Shown here in pieces: positions 39,035 through 51,239 of a DNA stretch of 64,000 bases. The position numbers and the translations under genes were made by a program. The stretch comes from Candidatus Latescibacterota bacterium (lineage in GTDB: Bacteria > Latescibacterota > UBA2968). Under the pieces are notes generated by a model. It was not told the DNA's origin. It did no database searches and saw only the letters and a list, made by a program, of their open reading frames with translations. Positions within the stretch are counted from its first letter, which is position 1, and each line of letters starts with the position of its first letter. The DNA lies in contig OZ240241.1 of NCBI GenBank assembly GCA_965198115.1, forward strand, positions 320,001 through 384,000. The letters run 5' to 3'.

Positions 39035-42000
39035 GGACGGTAACCTCGGGCTGGAGAAGACGGGTGAGCGCGTGATTCCGGGTCTGACCGAGCTGTCGCT
39101 CTATATCCCCCACGTCAAGCGTTACCTGCTTGCGCAATCGTTTGCCCGCGGAAAGCGTGTGCTCGACGCGGGTTGTGGGTCCGGATACGGCACGAAGCTG
39201 CTGGCCAACGTGGCCCAGTCCGTCGACGCCGTCGATATCGACCCCGAGGCCGTGTCGTTCTGCCAGTCTACGTTCGCCAACGATCGAATCGACTGGTCGG
39301 TCGCGGATCTACGATCGTTCGAGCCCGGAGAAAAGGCCTACGATCTGGTGACGTCGTTCGAGGTGATCGAACACCTGACGCGGGACGAAATCCCCGCCTA
39401 CCTGGACCGCATCCGACGGTCCCTCAACCCCGATGGCGTGGCTTTGATCTCCACACCGAACCGGCTCGTCGCCGAACAGTGGCAGAATCCGTTCCACCAC
39501 GCGGAGATGACGCTCGAAGAATTTCGGGAGACGTTGTCGGCAGCATTCGACGTGCAGGCCATCCTGGGCAAGGCACAGTGGTCGCCGCAGACCGAGCTCC
39601 AGGGCCAGTGCGCCATTTCGCGAAGGCTGACGGACGAGGATGACATGTTCATCGCTGTGTGCGCTCCGTTGCCCACACCGGTGAAATCGGATGTGCCGTC
39701 GAACGGCCGGGTGTCCCACACCAGTGCGACGGTGGATATCGTCATTCCGCTCTATAACAAAGCGGCCTACACGAAGGCCTGTCTGGAAGGACTGGAAGCG
39801 ACGCAGGGAGACACCGCCTACAACCTCGTCCTCGTGGACAACGCGTCGACGGACGAGACATCGACGCTGCTGACGCAGTGGGAGTACCGCGCCGATGTCG
39901 TCCGCAGTCCCGAAAATCTGGGGTTTGCCAGAGGAAACAACCTGGGAGCATCCCGTGGACGAGCCCCCTACGTGCTGTTCCTGAACAACGATACCGTCGC
40001 CGAAGCCGGGTGGCTGGACGCGCTCGTCCGTGAAATGGAGCGTGATCCGGCGGTCGGCATCGTCGGCGCGAAGCTGCTCTACCCGGAGAAGCGGGATGTT
40101 CAGCACGCAGGATTGGAGATCGTGAACGGCTCACCCGATCACGTCTTCCGCCACGCCGCCGAGAACGACCCGCGTGTTGTCGAACCACGAGACCTGGACA
40201 TGGTGACTGGTGCGTGTCTGATGATCCGTCGCGATCTGTTCGAGGCCCTGGGTGGATTCGATGAGGCGTATGTGAACGGCGTCGAGGATGTGGATCTGTG
40301 TCTCCGGGCACGCGATCGAGGCTATCGGGTTCGCTATTGTGCGTCCTCGGTTCTGGTCCATCACGAAGGGACGTCGGAGGGCCGCTACGACCACGTCCAG
40401 CCCAACCTGATCAGATTTGCCCAACGCTTTCAAAGTCGTTTTGATGGCCAGGGGCGATTCATACCCATTCTGAAGGCACCAATACCTCGAGACGGCGACG
40501 AGGAGAGCAGGCGTGGCAATGACTCGCCTGCTCGACCGGCGCACGAGGCCGAAGGCCGGCACGCCAGTTCGCCGGTGTTCCGCGGGGTCTGGGAAGGCAC
40601 GCAGTTCGTACACCACAGCCTGTCGATCGTGAACACGGCGCTGGCATCGGAACTGGTCGGACGCGACGACGTCGAGCTGAGTCTCGTTCCCTACGAGCCC
40701 GCTGGCTTCGGCCCCGAGGTCGATCCGGACCGTCTCGGCCCGGTTGCAGCACGGCTGAATGCGCCCCTTTCGGGACCGCCACAGTTCCACGTTCGGCACA
40801 GGTGGCCGCCCGATTTCGCGGCGCCGCCGAGCGGTCATTGGATCGTGATCCAGCCGTGGGAGTTCGGCAGGATTCCCCGAGCGTGGGTCGAGCCGATCCA
40901 GACCAAGGTCGACGAAGTCTGGGTGCCGAGCGAATACGCCAGACGATGCTACATCGACAGCGGCATCGATCCGGACCGTGTGTATGTCATTCCGAACGGC
41001 GTGGACATCGAACGATTCCATCCCGAAGCCGAACCGGCGAAGCTGCCCACGAAAAAGACGTTCAAATTCCTGTTCGTCGGGGGCACGATCTACCGGAAGG
41101 GGATCGATATTCTGCTGGAGACCTACCGCGAGACCTTCACGTCGGAAGATGACGTCTGTCTCGTGATCAAGGGTATGGGCGACGAGAGCTTCTACAAGGG
41201 TCAGACGGCGGGAGACACGATCAGGGAGATCCAGACGGATGAGACGGCACCCGAGATTGTTTACCTGACCGAGACGATGGGTGACGACGAAATCGCCGGG
41301 CTCTACACCGCCTGCGACTGTCTCGTGCATCCCTATCGCGGCGAAGGTTTCGGCATGCCGGTCGCAGAAGCCATGGCCTGCGGTCTGCCCGTGATCGTGA
41401 CAGAGGGTGGGGCGACCGATGATTTCTGTAAGAGGGAGACAAGCTACGGTGTGCGGTCCAACAGACGCCCGATTGCCTTCCAGGAAGAGACAGCCGGGCA
41501 GACCTGGTTGCTGGAGCCGGATCCGGTCCACCTGGCCGAGCAAATGCGCCGCGTCCTGGCCGAGCCGGAAGAAGCGGCGGACCGGGGTCGCGTGGCCAGC
41601 GAGCGAGTCCGAGAGAGTCTCACGTGGACGCACGCGGCGGATCGCATCGTCGAACGGTTGTCGGCGCTCAGAGGCCAACCGGTTCGTCGGGAGGCGCTTG
41701 CCGAGTCGGCCGGGAGACGAAACGGAAAATCGCCCCTGAACGGAAAGGCAGACAGCGCGAATGGTCGTGCTCACGATGCAGAGCGCCCGGAGTCCGTAGC
41801 GGCGGGTGATACCGTCGACATTCTCTCATTCGAAGGACCTGCGTGCGATGCGCAGTGGGTCGATCACGCGCTGAAGACGCGCACGGTGGTTTCGATCGCG
41901 GCTTGCCACGACATCCGGCCCGAATCGAACGAGACGATTGGGGCAGCATTGAATCGCGTGCTGGACGACGTGCGCTCCGAGTATCTCGTTCTGCTGAGGT

Positions 42001-42426
42001 CCGATGTCGTCGTGACGGAAGGATGGCTCGATCGTCTGATGGCCCCGCTCAAGGCGGTGGACGACGTGGCCGCGACCGTGCCTTCTCTGCCGATCGGCCC
42101 GGACGGGCAGCGTGTGAAGATTCGCTACAAGAGCGTGAAGAAAGCGTTGACCCGATTCGCCAGGCAGCGGGCGGAAAAGGCAGAGACGTCCTTCGACATC
42201 GTGTCCGTGAGTCCGGCGTGCGTGGTTCTCCGGACGTCGGCTGTGAGGGCGCTGGGCGGGTTCGAGGCGACGATGACGACCGATGCCTTCATTGACGACC
42301 TGATCCGCCGCTTCGCGCAGCAGGGTCAACGGTCGATCTGTGTCCCGACGGCCTTCCTACACGCCGAGGGCGAGGATTCGACTCCGCTGGATGAAGCGCG
42401 TGAACGAAGGGCCGTGGCGGCGCTAA

Positions 42427-43689
42427 GTGCATGGTTTCATAAATATTATTACGTATGTTCTGAACATTATTTGTAGCTTATGTTCTCCTTCAAAAGGAGG
42501 AGAACAATGCCAAGACGTTCGCCTTATGTGGTGCTACTGTCTGAGAAGGAACGGGTCGACCTCGAGCGAATGGCTGGACAATATACGTTACCGTATTATA
42601 AAGTGATCCGATCGAAAATCGTGCTTCTCGCCGCCGAGGGATTATCCAACAAGATTATCGCCCAACGGTTGGATGTCCCGCGTCCGATCGTAAGCAAATG
42701 GCGTAAGCGCTTTTTCGAAGAGCGTCTTTCGGGACTCGAAGATAGATCTCGTCCCGGGCGCCCGCCCGGTTTTCCCCCCCTCAGGTGGTCGTTCAGATCA
42801 AGGCGCTGGCGTGTGAACTACCGAGCGAGAGCGGGATACCGCTCTCGCGGTTCAGCTGTTCCGAGATTGCCGCCGAGGCAGTGCAAAGGGGCTTCGTTGC
42901 CAAGATCAGCGGCGCCACTGTCTGGCGCTGGTTGAACGAGGACGCGATTCGTCCTTGGTATCATCGCTCCTGGATTTTCCCACGGGACCCGGACTTCCAA
43001 ACCAAAGCAGGTAGAGTCCTTGATCTGTATCACCGCCAATGGCAAGGAAAGCCTTTAGGGCCGAGGGAATATGTACTTTCTGCCGACGAAAAGACCAGTA
43101 TTCAAGCACGAGCTCGCAAGCACGTTACCCTACCGCCAGCCTCGAACAGAGCGGCACGCGTTGAAACACGAATACGAGCGGAAAGGAGCCCTGGCCTATC
43201 TGGCTGCTCTCGACGTGCACAATGGTCGAATCTTCGGTCTCTGTGAGTCTTCTTCGGGTATCGAGCCCTTCAACCGGCTCCTGAGCCTGATCATGAGCCG
43301 GAAACCCTATTGCTCGGCAAAGAAAGTCTACCTCATCGTGGATAATGGCTCCTCGCACCGAGGGCAAACATGCATCGACCGTATCCAGGGGAAGTGGCCA
43401 AACATCCACCCCGTTCACCTTCCGATCCACGCAAGCTGGCTCAATCAGATCGAGATCTACTTCTCGATCCTCAAACGCAAGGCTCTGACACCTATCGAAT
43501 TTGCATCGCTCGAAGAGCTTGAGGCAAGAATCCTCGGTTTTCAGGAACGCTACGGACGTATCGCCACACCCTTCAAATGGAAGTTCACACGAACAGATCT
43601 CGCGGAGATGATCGACAAACTCAGGTTCTACGATACGCCCTTGGCAAAGTCTGCTTAGAATACGTCACCGTATTTGAGAACAGGAGTAC
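42427..43689 (+). mobile_element. IS630-family IS
   Basis: (C)TAA duplicated at 42424 and 43690; imperfect IRs GTGCATGGTTTCATAAATA / TATTTGAGAACAGGAGTAC. Confidence 0.88.
42507..43658 (+). pseudogene. IS630 transposase in three frames (possible programmed shift at TTTTCCCCCCC, plus an extra A near 43163)
   Basis: HTH region RSKIVLLAAEG...WRKRF; DDE motifs ADEKTSIQA, VDNGSSH and SWLNQIEIYF. Confidence 0.8.
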
Positions 43690-44388
43690 TAAGCGAAGGC
43701 GACGCATTTCGATCGCGGGGAGACCGGGAAGGCGCGATTGCCCTCTACCGGGAGGCGCTGGACCTGAAGCCGGGCTATCTGGAGGCGGCTTTGATCGCGT
43801 CGGCCGTGTTGCTCGAATTGGATCGTCCGCTGGAGGCTGCCGAACCGTTCGTCGTTCTGGAGGAACGGTATCCGGATTCTGCACGCGTGAAGAATTACCG
43901 TGGGCGATGTCTGTATCGAGCCGGAGAATCGACGGAGGCCCGAAGGCTGTTCGAAGAGGCCCTCGCGATTCAGCCCGATTTCGCCGAAGCGCTCGGAAAC
44001 CTGGGGGTGCTCTACTGGGAGAACGGCGATCTCGACAAGGCAGTCGAGTTCCTGGGTCGCGCCGCGGAAATCGCGCCGACCGATCCCGACATCGTCTACA
44101 ACGTCGGCATGGTCTATTCCCAGCTGGGCCAGACAGGCGAGGCCGTGAACGTCCTAACACATTTCATGTCACTCGAGACCGAGAACCTCGACGCACGCGT
44201 GCACCTGGCTGTACTGCTGATCGACACGGGTGAAGTCGAGCGAGGCGTCGAGCAACTCGAAATCGTTCTGGCCGAGCAGCCTGACCACGAAGATGCCCTA
44301 CGCGTTGTCGGCGACCTTCAGTCCATTCTGGATAGCGCGTCGGCTGACGAAACCTGAACAGACATCCCGAAAATTCTTCGAGGAACCC

Positions 44389-45550
44389 ATGACCATCCCA
44401 GCGGTGGACCTGAAAGCCCAGTATGCGACGCTGAAGCCCGAAATCGACCGAGCCGTTCAAGACGTGATCGATTCCACGACGTTCATCCTCGGGCCCGCCG
44501 TAGAGGCGTTTGAAGAAGCCTTCGCAGCCTACCACGGGGTCAGGCACTGCGTGGGTGTCAGCAACGGGACGGACGCGTTGTCGATGACCCTTCTGGCTGC
44601 GGGTGTCGAGCCGGGTGATGAGGTGATCACTTCGCCCAATACTTTGGAGCGACGCTCGAGGCCATCTGCCACGTCGGCGCCACACCCGTTCTGGTCGACA
44701 TCGATCCTGCATACTATACCCTCGACGTGTCGAAAATCGAGGCTGCCTTGACCGAACGCACACGCGCGATTCTACCGGTACACATCTATGGGCACGCTGT
44801 CGACATGGACCCTCTCGTGGCGCTTGCCGAGCATCACGGGCTGAAAGTGATCGAAGACTGTGCGCAGGCCCACGGGGCGCTGTATCGTGAACGAACGGTC
44901 GGGACGATCGGCCACGCGGGGTGCTTCAGCTTTTACCCGGGCAAGAATCTCGGGGCCTACGGTGATGCCGGTGGTGTCGTTACGGACGACGATTACCTGG
45001 CGGATCGGCTCAGAATGCTGCGAAACCACGGTCAGACGGCGGGTGGCCACAAGTTCTACTACCATCACGTCGGGTATAACAACCGAATGGACGGTATCCA
45101 GGGCGCCGTGTTGAACGTCAAACTTCCGCACCTCGACTTCTGGAACGCCGCTCGCCAGGATCGGGCCGCGCACTATACGGAGGTGCTTTCGGGCATTCCC
45201 CACTGGCCTTGCCGAGGGCGGCCGATTGGGCGGATCATGTGTATCATCTGTATGTGATGGAGACCGAAGGGCGTGATGCGCTCCAGGAGGCCCTCGCTCG
45301 CGAGGGGATCGCCACAGGTGTGCAGTATCCATTTCTCGTACATCTGACCCCGGCCTATGGTTACCTCGGATACGGTGCCGGCGACCTGCCACATTACGAG
45401 ACGGCCTGCCGACGCATCATTTCGCTACCCATGTACCCCGAACTGACCCACTCGCAGATCGACACCGTTGCCGCATGCATTCGGCAGCACCTGAGGGCCG
45501 CACCCCCTGCGGGATCCGCCGAGACGGTCGAAGCGGGTGTCGCGGCCTGA
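44389..45550 (+). pseudogene. DegT/DnrJ/EryC1/StrS sugar aminotransferase with two one-base frameshifts (near 44645 and 45200)
   Basis: SNGTDAL, PVHIYG, IEDCAQAHGA and FSFYPGKNLGAYGDAG motifs. Confidence 0.85.
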
Positions 45551-46101
45551 GCGTAGCCAACGGCCCGCGCATCGAGGGCGATCGCGTCAGCCTCGGTCCG
45601 TTCGAGGGGCCGTTCTGGTCCCTGGGGTTACTCTGGTACAACGATCCTGTCATTGTCGATCTCACATCCGATGATCCGTCCGAGCTGACCGAAGAGCAGT
45701 TTCGACAGACGATCGAATCCGACCTGCATCACGAGAGATCGATCGTTTTCGGAATCAGCGTCAAAGAAGAAGGCCGTCCGATTGGCATCGGTGTTCTCCG
45801 CAACCTCGATCCGGTTCACCGTGGGTGCGATCTTCACATCACGCTCGGTCCCGAAGACGCGCGTGGGAAGGGGCTGGGTGCGGAAGCGATCGTGTTGATG
45901 CGAGACCACGCTTTCGGCGCCGGTATGCACAAGGTGATGTCGACCCCCTTTTCGAAAAATCCCCAAATGATCCGGTGTTTGGAAAAATGCGGGTTCGAGC
46001 GGGAAGGCGTACTCCGCGACGCCCTTCTCCAGGGGGATCGGTTCATCGATGTTACTCTGATGGCGGCCATCAACCCGAATGAAAGACCTATCAGTGAGTA
46101 A
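45547..46101 (+). CDS. RimJ/RimL (PseH-like) GNAT N-acyltransferase
   Basis: ARGKGLGAEA and NPQMIRCLEKCGFEREG motifs; the start is uncertain. Confidence 0.75.
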   Translation: MSVANGPRIEGDRVSLGPFEGPFWSLGLLWYNDPVIVDLTSDDPSELTEEQFRQTIESDLHHERSIVFGISVKEEGRPIGIGVLRNLDPVHRGCDLHITLGPEDARGKGLGAEAIVLMRDHAFGAGMHKVMSTPFSKNPQMIRCLEKCGFEREGVLRDALLQGDRFIDVTLMAAINPNERPISE

Positions 46102-49059
46102 GAAGACTCTATCACTCTGCATGATCGCGAAGGACGAAGCGTCCTTCCTCGAGCAGTGCCTGGCGGTGGCGGCTTCACACGTCGATGAAATCATCGTCGT
46201 AGACACGGGCTCGAGCGACGACACAACCCGAGTTGCGGAAGCGGCGGGGGCAAATGTGTCCACGTTTGCGTGGGTCGATGATTTTGCCGCGCCCGAAATG
46301 CCTCGTTGGAGGCCGCATCGGGGGATTGGATTCTTCTGCTCGATTGCGACGAGCTGATCGCCGAACGCGACTGGCATCGCGTCCACGAGGCGACGGGATC
46401 AGAAGGCGTGACCGGGTATCGTCTGACGACACGGAACTATGCGAAGGACCCACACCGCGTGGGGTTCGTGGCGACGGACGGCCAATATGGAGAAGCGAAA
46501 GCCTACCCAGGCTGGTTTCCGACGACGAAGGTCCGCCTGTTCCGGAACGACGACCGGATCCGATTCGTCGGCGCGCTGCACGAACTGGTCGAAACGTCAA
46601 TCGAGCAAATCGGAGGAAGGATCGACGACCTCGAGGTGCCCGTCCATCACTACGGGTATGTTGAAAAGGACCGTCCGACGACGCAGTATGTGGCGAGCGC
46701 GCGAATGAAGGCGGATCAGATGGCCGATAGCGTGGCCGCCCACTACGAACTCGCGCTGGCGCTGAGAGACGACAGTCAGCTTCCCGAAGCAGAGCAGGCG
46801 ATCGAGCGATGTCTGGCCCTGATCGAGAAAGGGGCCGACCCGGGGCCCTATGTCAGGCCCGCGTTTGCTTATCTCGTCGCAGGCGACGTTGCGGGACAGC
46901 CCGAGAAGAATGCGGAAGCCCGGCGCCACTACGAACGCGCGATGGAGATCGACGAGGCCTGTTTTCAGGCGATGAACAACCTGGGGACGATTCGTCTCAG
47001 GGAGGGTGGGCTCGACGATGCCGAGAGACTCTACGAGCGTGCACAGAGGCTCGCGCCCGACGTGCCTGCGATTCAGGAAAACCTGCGTCGTGTCAGGGCG
47101 AGGCGCGAAAAGGAGAACGGTATGGCAGAGGGAGGACGGCTCACGCTCTGCATGATCGCGGGAAATGAGGAGGAACGGCTTCCCCGCTGCCTGGAGAGCG
47201 TTCAGGGTCTGGTCGACGAGATTGTCGTGGTCGACACGGGTTCGACGGATCGCACGGTCGAAATCGCGGAGTCTTTTGGTGCGACGCTTGGCACCTTCGA
47301 GTGGTGCGACAACTGGTCGGCCGCGCGAAACGAGTCCATCAAGCTGGCCACTGGCGATTGGATTATGTGGCTGGACCCGGACGATATCCTGCCGACGGAG
47401 ATGCACACCAAGATTCGCGAAGCCATGGCGCGGGGTCGTGGTGGCAAGACCGCCTACTTCTTCGTGCTGGACGATCAGGGCTACGAACCGGTGACGTGTC
47501 TGCAGCTGCGGCTGTTTCCGAACGTGCCGGGCGTCGAGTTTTCGCAGCCCGTTCACGAGCAGCTGACGCCTTCGCTCGCGAAGTTGGGAATCACGTGCGA
47601 GCCGACGGACATCAGGATCGTACATACGGGCTACACGACGCCCGAGGTGGTCCGTACCAAGCAGGAGAAGTATCACGGGATCATGGTAAAGTGGCTGGAA
47701 ACTCATCCGGACGACTACATCGTGCGATCCCACGTGGCTCAGACGTATTACGTGTGGGGTGACCTGGACAAGTCGATCGAGAACTACGAAAGGATCATCG
47801 AGGACAGCGCCTGCAACGAGGATCACAACCTGATCATCGAGACGACGGCGAGCCTTTTTCTGGGCCGATGCCTGATGCGGAAGGGCGCGAACGACGCCGC
47901 ACTCGAGCAGCTCGAGCGAGCCCACGCCCTGGACGACCAGTGTGCGATGACGAACCTCACGCTCGGGGAGTGCTACGGACGTCTCGGCGCTCACGAGCGG
48001 GCCCTGAACGCGTTGGATCAGGCCCAGGCCTACGAGACACAGGTGACGTTCTCCGCGGTCGATCCCCTCGCGATTCGCTACTCCATCCGGTTTGCAAGAG
48101 GCCAGAGTCTCGAGGCACTGGAGCGATTGGAAGCAGCGGCTTCGGCCTACGAGGAGGCCAGCCGGATCGATCCAAAACGAACAGGAGCTCTGGGAGCGCT
48201 CTCAACGGTGTTGCGGAGGTTGGGGAGGCGAGAAGCCGCGGTCGAGGCACTGGACCGCGCACTCGAAGTCGATCCCGACGACGCGAAGCACGTGTTCAAC
48301 CGTGGTACCTACCATCTGGAGGCTGGGGAGGAGGCGGAAGCTCGGGCCAAGTTCGTTCGAGCACGCGAACTCGACCCCACGATGCACGAGCCCTACCTCA
48401 ATCTGGGCTTCCTGGCGCGGCGGTCGGGCAAGCAGGATGAGGCGGAGGCTCTTTATCGAAGGGCGGCCGAGTTCGATGAGGGTGCCTTCGAGGCCAATTC
48501 CAACCTGGGCCATCTGCTCATCGACCAGAGCCGCTACGCCGATGCCGCCGAAGCCTTTGTGGCCTCGAGAGCCAACCGGGACGGCTTGCTGGACATCGAC
48601 CTGGGTCTTTGCGCGTCCTATTGTGGACTGCAGAATATCGATGCTGCCATCGCCCTGCTGCCCGGTATCCTGACAGCCGTTTACGAGGGGGGTCTGGGAG
48701 GTGGAATCCCCCCGGAAATGTCCCGTGAGGCCGTGGCACAGCTGCTGGCCGAATCCGGGCGGATGTTGATCGAAAAGCAGCTGGTTCCGTGCGGGCGACT
48801 CGCCTATCTGGGCGCCTACCTGGCGGACCCAGGGTCGGTGCACTATGGGCTGCAGCTGGCTGAGATTTACAACGCGACGGGGCAGACGTGGTTGGCGGTC
48901 GAGGTTTACGAAATGCTGATTCAGTCGTTCCCGACCGAGCCGGAGCTGTTCAGAAAGCTGGGGGCGAGCTATTCCGCGCTGGGTGCCGCGGAGTCCGCCG
49001 AGATGTGCGAGCGCCAGGTCCAGGCCCTCGGGGGAGCGATTTCGGGCACATCCGGCTAA
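46094..49059 (+). pseudogene. GT2-TPR-GT2-TPR glycosyltransferase (flagellin O-glycosyltransferase-like), frameshift near 46290
   Basis: Two copies of LxLCMIA...VDTGS.D...AARN...W...LDxD...HE, each followed by TPRs; lies just upstream of the flagellin gene. Confidence 0.85.
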
Positions 49060-49085
49060 GCTCCCAATCCACAAGATCTTATGAA

Positions 49086-49117
49086 CGCTCCGACAGCGAT
49101 GTCGGGGCGTTTTTTTT
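49086..49117 (+). terminator. Intrinsic terminator
   Basis: CGCTCCGACA-GCGA-TGTCGGGGCG followed by T8. Confidence 0.85.
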
Positions 49118-49230
49118 GCCCGGGGGTGGGAAATGTCTTCCCCCGCCAGAGGCTGAACGGATTCCGTGTTATGTATATAAAATAATTATAAACAGTATGT
49201 TATACTGTTTTCGGGTGATGCTCCTGCACG

Positions 49231-49246
49231 TGGCACAGGCATTGCG
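49231..49246 (+). promoter_or_regulatory. Sigma54 -24/-12 promoter of flagellin 1, with an AT-rich IHF-like tract at about 49170-49210
   Basis: TGGCACAGGCATTGCG has the GG-N10-GC spacing. Confidence 0.75.
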
Positions 49247-49339
49247 AAAGCAATCGGGTGTATCGGTGCCCCTGCGACGGATCGCGCCGGACCAGGGATT
49301 GGGCCGGAGGGACACCGGAATCCCCGGAGGTTAGAACCC

Positions 49340-50493
49340 ATGCCGCTTCGCGTAAACAACAACATCACCGCTATCACGGCGCGTCGAGCACTTGGCGTGA
49401 ACAGCCGAACGCTCGCCACACGCATCGAACGGTTGTCGACCGGTCTCCGGATCAATCGCGCCGCGGACGATGCAGCTGGTCTGGCGATCAGCGAAGGGAT
49501 GCGTGCCGAGATCGGCGGGCTGACTCAAGGCGTTTGGAACGCCGAGCAGGCCACGAACCTGTCTCAGGTCGCAGAAGGTGCACTGAATCAAGTTTCGGCG
49601 ATGCTGGTCCGGATGCGTGAGCTGGCCGTTTAGGCCGCTTCGTCGACGGTGAACAACACCAACCGAGAGAATCTCCAGGCCGAATTTGCCCAGCTGGTGG
49701 CCGAAATCGACCGTGTTGCGCTGTCGACATCCTACAACAACACCGTGCTGCTGACGGGCTTTGGCAATACGATCAGCCAAACCCAATCGACGGCTCTGAC
49801 GGCCAGCGCGACGACGGGCGTGGCGGGTGTCACCCTGTCTGGGGCAGAAGCCAGCACCTACGTCTTCATCGACAGCGACCCCACTGACAACCAGATCACC
49901 GTCGGGAACGGGATTGCCACGCAGACGATCGACATCGGTCGATCCTCGACAACGACGCTATTGGTGGGGTTGTGGCTACGGGCACGACGGCGGTGGCCAA
50001 CTTCGACCGCGTGGGAATCATCCTGAATCTGGACGATCGCTACCGCGACGGAGACCTGGACGGACAGACGATTGTCGTCGACAACGGCACGGGCGGCTCG
50101 TTCCAGGTGGGTCCCGACAACAAGGTGGTCGATCGAATCGAATTCGGTCTGGACGACATGCGAGCGAGCGGCACAGAGTTGAACCTGAATGCGACGTCGA
50201 TCGCGACGCTGGAGAGTGCGAGGAGCTCGATTCCCTTTCTGGACCTAGCGATCGAACGTGTGGCTTCCGAGCGTGCGGACATCGGCGCTATCCAGAACAG
50301 GCTTGCGTTTACGGTCGCATCGGCCAACAACGCCATCGAAAACATCCAGGCTTCCGAGTCGTCGATCCGCGATGCGGACGTGGCCTCGGAAGTGTCCGAA
50401 TTCACTCGAGCACAGATCCTGACTCAGGCGGCGACGGCCGTCCTCGCGCAGGCGAATGCCCTGCCGCAAACGGCACTGTCGCTCCTCCAGTAG
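49340..50493 (+). pseudogene. fliC: Flagellin 1 with an in-frame TAG at 49631 and a frameshift near 49939
   Basis: RLSTGLRINRAADDAAGLAISE and SIRDADVASEVSEFTRAQILTQA...LSLLQ; aligns end to end with flagellin 2. Confidence 0.9.
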
Positions 50494-50528
50494 AGCTGAT
50501 TTCGACCTCTATATAATGAAGGTGACTG

Positions 50529-50708
50529 ATGCTGAGAGTGATGCTGAAACATACGTCGAGGTCGGGACGAGCGCCCGATCTCCCGATTCACCGGTCAAAA
50601 CCCGGGATTCGTGAGATTCTGCTGAACGGATACGACGCGATCCAGCGAACCCCGTTCGGGAAGTCTTCGCTCGACCTCGTGAGTCACCTGAAGAAAAGCC
50701 TAAAGTGA
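50529..50708 (+). CDS. Possible 59-aa basic small protein
   Basis: AAGGTG upstream; MLRVMLKHTSRSGRAPDLPIHRSKPGIREILLNGYDAIQRTPFGKSSLDLVSHLKKSLK; just below the ORF-track cutoff. Confidence 0.35.
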   Translation: MLRVMLKHTSRSGRAPDLPIHRSKPGIREILLNGYDAIQRTPFGKSSLDLVSHLKKSLK

Positions 50709-50728
50709 AAGCCTGATCTGGGCGATAC
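50701..50728 (+). promoter_or_regulatory. Sigma28 promoter (distal)
   Basis: TAAAG-N15-GGCGATAC. Confidence 0.55.
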
Positions 50729-50997
50729 TTGGTATATGAAGATATACTAAGTCATACAAAGAAGTTTCTGGTTTTGGCCGGGTGGGCATTGCGAAAACCT
50801 CCGAACAACCGCCTGTCCGTGGGAAGCCTGGCCTCGATTTTTAGAACGGAATATTTCTCGCCTAGAAAAAGGAGCTTTCACGACTGAATAAACGCTCTCT
50901 GAAAACTCGACCGGTGGCTGCGATCCTCCAGGCATCGGGGACTCTGACCGGAGTCGTCAAACCCTGCCGAATTGTGCCTCTAACTGGCAAAAATGGT

Positions 50998-51025
50998 TAA
51001 AGGTTGTTTCTGCGTCTGTCGATAC
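50998..51025 (+). promoter_or_regulatory. Sigma28 promoter of flagellin 2
   Basis: TAAAG-N15-GTCGATAC. Confidence 0.7.
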
Positions 51026-51183
51026 ATAGACAAAAGGCACAACCAATATCTACATACCTGGCCAGTTTAAGGAGGTGACGCAAATCAGGCTATTCGTTAG
51101 GGATTTTTGGCCGATTTCCGGCTTTTTCACGTTTTGCTGCAGTCCCCTGACCAATCTTGACCGGTTTCCCACGGACCGGTCCT

Positions 51184-51197
51184 CGGCAAGGATGCCG
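51184..51197 (+). promoter_or_regulatory. CsrA-type site (GGA in a hairpin loop) in the flagellin leader
   Basis: CGGCA-AGGA-TGCCG about 35 nt upstream of the ACAAGGAGG SD. Confidence 0.65.
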
Positions 51198-51239
51198 TAA
51201 CGGTCTCAGATTTTTGAGACAAACAAGGAGGTTTTCGCA

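Larger units (their letters stand above)
39015..44357 (+). pseudogene. Multidomain MTase-GT2-GT4-GT2-like-TPR protein (about 1360 aa) interrupted by IS630
   Basis: VLDAGCGSG; VDNASTD and FLNNDT; EGFGMPVAEAMACG; TPR repeats. Removing the IS rejoins ...AVAAL-SEGDAF... in frame. Confidence 0.85.

Noticed and set aside
13399-49633. Genome-wide stop-codon reassignment (TAA/TAG read as Gln)
   Set aside because: Many intact genes in the window end normally at TAA or TAG, for example thyA, ubiD, the OmpA gene and the cyclase.
50775-50793. Second sigma54 promoter
   Set aside because: The GG-to-GC spacing is not the required N10.
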